Source: Macrostomum hystrix
Lineage: Eukaryota > Animalia > Platyhelminthes
Assembly (NCBI GenBank): GCA_950097015.1
Contig: CATNEN010000001.1
Span: 9,548,001-9,612,000, forward strand
Reading direction: 5' to 3'
DNA length: 64,000 bases
In this document: piece by piece, positions 63,621-64,000 of the stretch
Numbering within the stretch: the first letter of the stretch is position 1
How the letters are laid out: every line of letters begins with the position of its first letter
Made by a program: the position numbers and the translations under genes
Notes under the pieces: generated by a model
Told to the model about the DNA's origin: nothing
What the model saw: only the letters and a program-made list of their open reading frames with translations
Databases searched by the model: none

Positions 63621-64000
63621 CTCCCTTTGCTGACACCTGCGACTGGTCTATATCGTGGAGAATGAGCTGTTTCCAAGTTGTTTACTGACTTGTTATTTGG
63701 GTTCATATTGTTACATACGAGGATTATTGTAATATACGATGTAGTTGAGACTGACGGAAAAAAGTGCATTTTTCATTTTTAATTTGGCATTAAAAATTAG
63801 CAGGAGCTAAAATTAAAATTCGAATTTTCGCAAAATTGTTTAGCTGAGTAAAACAATTGAATTTTATTAACTTAACGGGCTTGTCGTACGAGCGTACAAA
63901 GGATATTATTAAACAAAAAGGCATTGTATACTAAAAAATACATGCGAGAATCAACAGTTACGAGTAGTACAAAATACTAATATGAAGAAAGCTTTTATAA

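Overview
Eukaryotic (animal) genomic DNA with GT-AG introns. Roughly a third of it is micro/minisatellite arrays, a style suggestive of a Macrostomum-like flatworm (inference only). Genes reconstructed by hand: the 5' exons of a Caskin/ANKS1-like ankyrin scaffold (-); a 4-exon tRNA pseudouridine 38/39 synthase PUS3 (-); a 3-exon secreted PAN-like + ALK/LTK-type glycine-rich protein (-), with a decayed paralog at the window end; and a DEG/ENaC channel (+). The highlight is a pair of tandem paralogous 4-exon genes. Each fuses a hypervariable array of near-identical 99-bp (33-aa) ankyrin-like repeats (24 vs 10 units) plus canonical ankyrins to a Mab-21/cGAS-like nucleotidyltransferase (cGLR) and a helical tail. 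Repeat variation is concentrated at the predicted binding surface, while the catalytic halves are almost identical. This looks like a recombination-diversified innate immune receptor system. Mobile elements: a solo LTR (TGTTGT..ACAACA, TAGA TSD) duplicated inside a 23-bp satellite, a hAT MITE with 8-bp TSD, a truncated DIRS/Ngaro-like retroelement between the cGLR copies, and two tRNA-derived SINE families.
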